From Limnochordia bacterium (GTDB taxonomy: Bacteria > Bacillota > Limnochordia > JAAZLZ01), in contig JBMNRY010000001.1 of the NCBI GenBank assembly GCA_050944915.1, positions 1-63,924 of the forward strand: 63,924 nucleotides of DNA, in the 5' to 3' direction. Under the pieces are notes generated by a model, which did no database searches, was not told the origin of the DNA, and was given only the letters and a program-made list of their open reading frames with translations. The position numbers were made by a program, and so were the translations under genes. Below, one piece after another: positions 60,374-63,924 of this stretch. Positions within the stretch are counted from its first letter, which is position 1. Every line of letters starts with the position of its first letter.

Positions 60374-63300
60374 ATATCCCGTCTTTCGCGGTCCGGCGGC
60401 CGGTGACTACCGCCATGTTTTTCATCGCCCTTACCCTCTTGGGCCTCTTTTCATTGAGTCGTCTGGCTATCGATCTCATCCCCGAGTTAGCCTTTCCCTC
60501 CCTGTCCATTTCCACATCCTATTCCGGTGCGGCGCCGGAAGAGGTCGAACGGCTGATCACCATCCCTATCGAACAAAGCGTCAGCACCGTCAGCGGTGTG
60601 GTCGGCATGAGTTCCCTTTCCCGGGAGGGCAGTTCCCGGGTAACCCTCCAATTCGATTGGGGAACGGATTTAGATATGCTGATCAATGAAGTACAGGCCC
60701 AGGTCGATCGGGTCCGTTCCCGTCTGCCCGAAGGGGCCAGCGCTCCCCGGGTGGGCCGCTTTGATCCTTCCCAAATGCCCATCATGACCATCGGCATCAG
60801 CGGGGATTTAGATCTGGCGGAATTGCGCCGTCTGGCCGAAGAGGAGATGACCTATTACTTAGAACGCTTAGAAGGGGTGGGCTCCGTCACCGTTCAGGGC
60901 GGTCGTAACCGGGAGATCCGGGTGGAGTTAGATCCGCTACGGCTCCAGGCCCACGGCTTGACCATCGATCAAGTGGCGGGAAGTATCCGGGGCGAAAACC
61001 TCAATGTTCCCGCAGGTCGGATGGTGGTGGGCCAAAGCCAGTTTACCTTACGGACCTTAGGGGAACTCACCGCGGTCGAGGAATTGGCGGGGATCTTGGT
61101 GGCCAACCGGGATGGAGCCCCGACCTTTTTGGGTGATATTGCGGAGATTCAGCCCATCAGCGATGATTTAGGGACTATCGTCCGGGTTGATGGTCGCCCG
61201 GGTGTGGTGGTCTCGATTCAAAAACAATCGGGGGCGAACACTGTCCAGGTAGCCGATGCCATATTGCAGACTTTAGAGGAACTAAAACTTCGCTATCCCG
61301 ATTTGGGCATCCGAGCCCTAAATGACTCATCGATTTTCATCAGGCAAACAATCAAGAACGTCATCGATGCCGGCCTTTTAGGAGGGGTATTGGCTGCGAT
61401 TATCCTGTTGATTTTTGTCCGCAGCTTGCGGGCCACCATCATCATCTGTCTAGCCATCCCCGTATCCATCATCAGTTCTTTCATTTTAATCGAACGGGCG
61501 GGAATGACCTTAAACACCATGTCCCTAGGTGGTTTAGCCCTAGGGATCGGGATGTTGGTCGATAACTCCATCGTGGTCTTGGAGAATATCGATCGTCATC
61601 TGCAAGGGGGCAAGGAAGCAGGCCAAGCGGCCATCGATGGTACCGGGGAGATCATCAGTGCGGTGGTGGCCTCGACCCTAACGACGGTAGCCGTTTTCTT
61701 GCCTATGTTGTTCGTCCGGGGGATGACGGGGATCCTCTTTCAACAATTATCCTTGATGGTAGCCTTCTCTTTAAGCTGTTCCTTAGTGGTGGCTTTAGCC
61801 TTGGTGCCTATGCTGGCTTCCCGTTTGTTGACAAAGGGAGTAGCTAATCCTTGGTCCGCGGCAACCGAAAGGTTTTTCCTCCAGGGGGAGCGGAGATTCA
61901 GTCGGTTGGTCGGTCGGGCCATGCATCATCCCGGTTTGGTGATCTTGGGATCCGCCGTCCTGTTGGTAGGCAGTTTGGCTCTCGTGCCCTATCTAGGCAC
62001 CGAGTTGATGACAAGCCCCGATGAAGGGGAGATATCCATCAGCATCAGCTTACCGACGGGCACCCGCCTGGAGGTCACCGATGGGATGATCAGGTATGTG
62101 GAAGATTTGGTGCGGACCCATGTGCCGGAACTGGCGGCCATGGAAAGCCAGGCTGGGGGATCTTCCACCGATCGGGGCAGCCTTACCTTAAGGTTGGTGG
62201 GCCGGGGCCAACGGGAGCGTTCCACCGAAGAAATCGTCAATGATTTGCGGACGAGACTTAATGCTATCCCCGGGGTGAGCTCTCGCATTTGGGCGCGGAG
62301 TAATTTTGCCGAACGGCTGATGTCGGGAAGTATCGGGGGAGGCAGTGAGCGGATTTCCCTCAACGTCCAGGGGTATGACCGGGAGTTGATCCGCCAGACC
62401 GCAGAAGGCCTCCGGGGAATCATTGAAGGGATCCCGGGGGTAGTCAACGTGGGCTTAAGTCGGGATGCCGGCCAGCCGGAATTCGTCATCGAGGTCGATC
62501 GCCAACGGGCCGCCGATTTGGGCCTGACCGCGAGCCAAGTGGCCCAAAGCGTCCAGGCCGCGGTCCAAGGTCGGGTGGCGACCCAACTGCGGGTCGGTGG
62601 ACGGGAATATAGTGTGCGGGTGGCAACTGCCGATCCGAAGGGGCTAACACCCCAGGAAGTGGAGATGATTCCCATTCCCATCGGCGGTGGCTCCTTCGTA
62701 CCTTTAGCGAGCGTGGGGAACCTGGTCCAACGGGAGAGCCCGGTGGCCATCGAACGGTTAAACCAACAGCGGACCATCAGGGTCACCGCCTCTACCGAAG
62801 GGCGGGATTTAGGAAGTGTCGTCGCCGATATTCGGGAAGGGGTGGCTAACTATCCTCTACCCGATGGGGTCCACGTCCATTTCGGCGGGGAATATGAGGA
62901 GCAGCAGCGGGCCTTCCGGGAACTGGTGATGGTTTTCCTCTTGGCTATATCGTTAGTTTATATCGTTATGGCTTCCCAGTTCGAATCCCTCTTGGAACCT
63001 TTTATCGTCATGTTTTCCGTTCCCTTCGCCTTGGTGGGGGTCATCTTGACTTTGTTTTTGACTAAGACGCCCCTGACTACCCAAGCCTTTATGGGCCTCA
63101 TCGTCCTCGGAGGGATCGTGGTGAATAATGCCATCGTGTTGATTACCTATATGCAGATGCTTCGGGAGCGGGGGATGGACTTGGAACAAGCGGTGATCAC
63201 CGCGGCGGAAAGGAGACTGCGACCTATTTTGATGACGACGGCGACCACCGTCCTGGGCCTAGTTCCCTTGGCCTTAGAGTTGGGGGAAGGCACCGAGCTG

Positions 63301-63423
63301 CAGGCACCTTTAGCTAGGACAGTCATTGGAGGTCTTGTGGCTTCGACCTTCGTCACCCTCTTTTTAATCCCCACCTTGTACTGCTGGATCTACCGCCGGC
63401 GTTTGTACCCTGTCGGTAGAGTC
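60370..63423 (+). CDS. RND-family efflux permease (AcrB/CzcA type); no stop codon before the next gene
   Basis: My own translation (absent from the ORF track because the frame stays open to the window end): MNIPSFAVRRPVTTAMFFIALTLLGLFSL ... 12-TM pattern ... LFLIPTLYCWIYRRR. Length is 1018 codons. Confidence 0.9.
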
Positions 63424-63924
63424 ATGGGATCCATCATCTTGGTTTTGCTCCTGGCTTCGGCGACGACCCAAGCGGGGGAATTAACCCTTCAGCAGGCCTG
63501 GTCGGAAGGTTTGCAAGGACATCCCTCGGTCCTTGATGCCCAGCGGGATTTAGCGGCAGCCGAATCCCGGCTGCGGCAGCTGGAAGCTACATACGGCTTG
63601 CAGTTAGACTTAGATTATCAGCTGGATCTGGGGGGAGAGCTGGTTAGCCTTGAGCATCGGGGCGGCAGCATTATACTCAACGCCAGCCAGGTTCTGCTGG
63701 TCCCGGGGGAAAATTTAGCCTTGCGGGCTGCCCGTTTGAGGGTGGAGGAAGGGTTGGCCGCTTTGGCCTCCGCGAAGGAAGGGGCGAAGCTAGAGATCCT
63801 AGCCGCTTACCTTGAACTTTGGCAGGCCCAGGGGGAGCTAGCCGCGGCGGAGTTGGCCCTAGAACGGCTGGAAGGGACAGCCCAAGCTGTGGAGCAAAGG
63901 TTTGAGCGGGCCATGGCCGGGGAG
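63424..63924 (+). CDS. TolC-like outer membrane efflux factor, N-terminal part (in frame with the RND ORF; runs off the window)
   Basis: MGSIILVLLLASATTQAGELTLQQAWSEGLQGHPSVLDAQRDLAAAESRL. This is a signal peptide plus a typical OEP/TolC N-terminal helix repeat. Confidence 0.7.
   Translation, partial: MGSIILVLLLASATTQAGELTLQQAWSEGLQGHPSVLDAQRDLAAAESRLRQLEATYGLQLDLDYQLDLGGELVSLEHRGGSIILNASQVLLVPGENLALRAARLRVEEGLAALASAKEGAKLEILAAYLELWQAQGELAAAELALERLEGTAQAVEQRFERAMAGE

Noticed and set aside
61989-62786. Long antisense ORFs, for example 61989..62786, 27526..28116, 49015..49548, 36533..36994 and 14670..15032.
   Set aside because: They are shadow frames opposite well-supported genes (RND pump, mnmG, porC, dnaA, gcvT). 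Their composition is Arg/Pro/Gly-rich, which is typical of antisense reading of moderately GC-rich coding DNA.

Overview
This window is the replication-origin region of a Bacillota (Firmicutes)-type chromosome. Gene order matches the Bacillus/Clostridia ori block. Leftwards on the minus strand it reads rpmH-rnpA-yidD-yidC-jag-mnmE-mnmG-rsmG-noc-soj-spo0J ... yyaC ... rpsF-ssb-rpsR-rplI. Rightwards on the plus strand it reads dnaA-dnaN-yaaA-recF-remB-gyrB-gyrA. Gene orientation switches at the DnaA-box clusters, located at about 34.1-34.6 kb and 36.9-37.1 kb. Housekeeping content also includes: the glycine-cleavage operon, ilvE, a T-box-controlled aroF-pheA pair, a TrpB2-type trpB paralog, glyA, 2-oxoacid:ferredoxin oxidoreductase gamma and alpha subunits, T-box-controlled serS, pdxS, and four single tRNA genes each with its own promoter and terminator. 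I saw no CRISPR array, transposase, integrase, prophage or recognisable defence module. Items that depart from the canonical ori block: (1) a GHKL-ATPase plus wHTH gene sits between the oriC DnaA boxes and dnaA. (2) A PilZ-like/MinD-ParA fusion gene lies directly downstream of spo0J, behind a second parS copy. (3) There are two tandem, diverged, full-length mnmG paralogs. (4) GyrB carries a 319-aa intein with a degenerate LAGLIDADG core. (5) larB-larC is present, with larC split at an A9 run. (6) A bactofilin/M23 peptidase pair is present. (7) A Val/Leu-rich leader peptide plus terminator precedes ilvE. (8) A large secreted protein combines a Peptidase_MA-like domain, a PD40 propeller and an Omp85-like barrel. 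(9) An RND pump ORF runs in frame, without a stop codon, into a TolC-like gene. The last two items suggest an outer membrane in an organism that also carries sporulation-associated genes. All calls come from reading the sequence and from motif recall; no database search was run.
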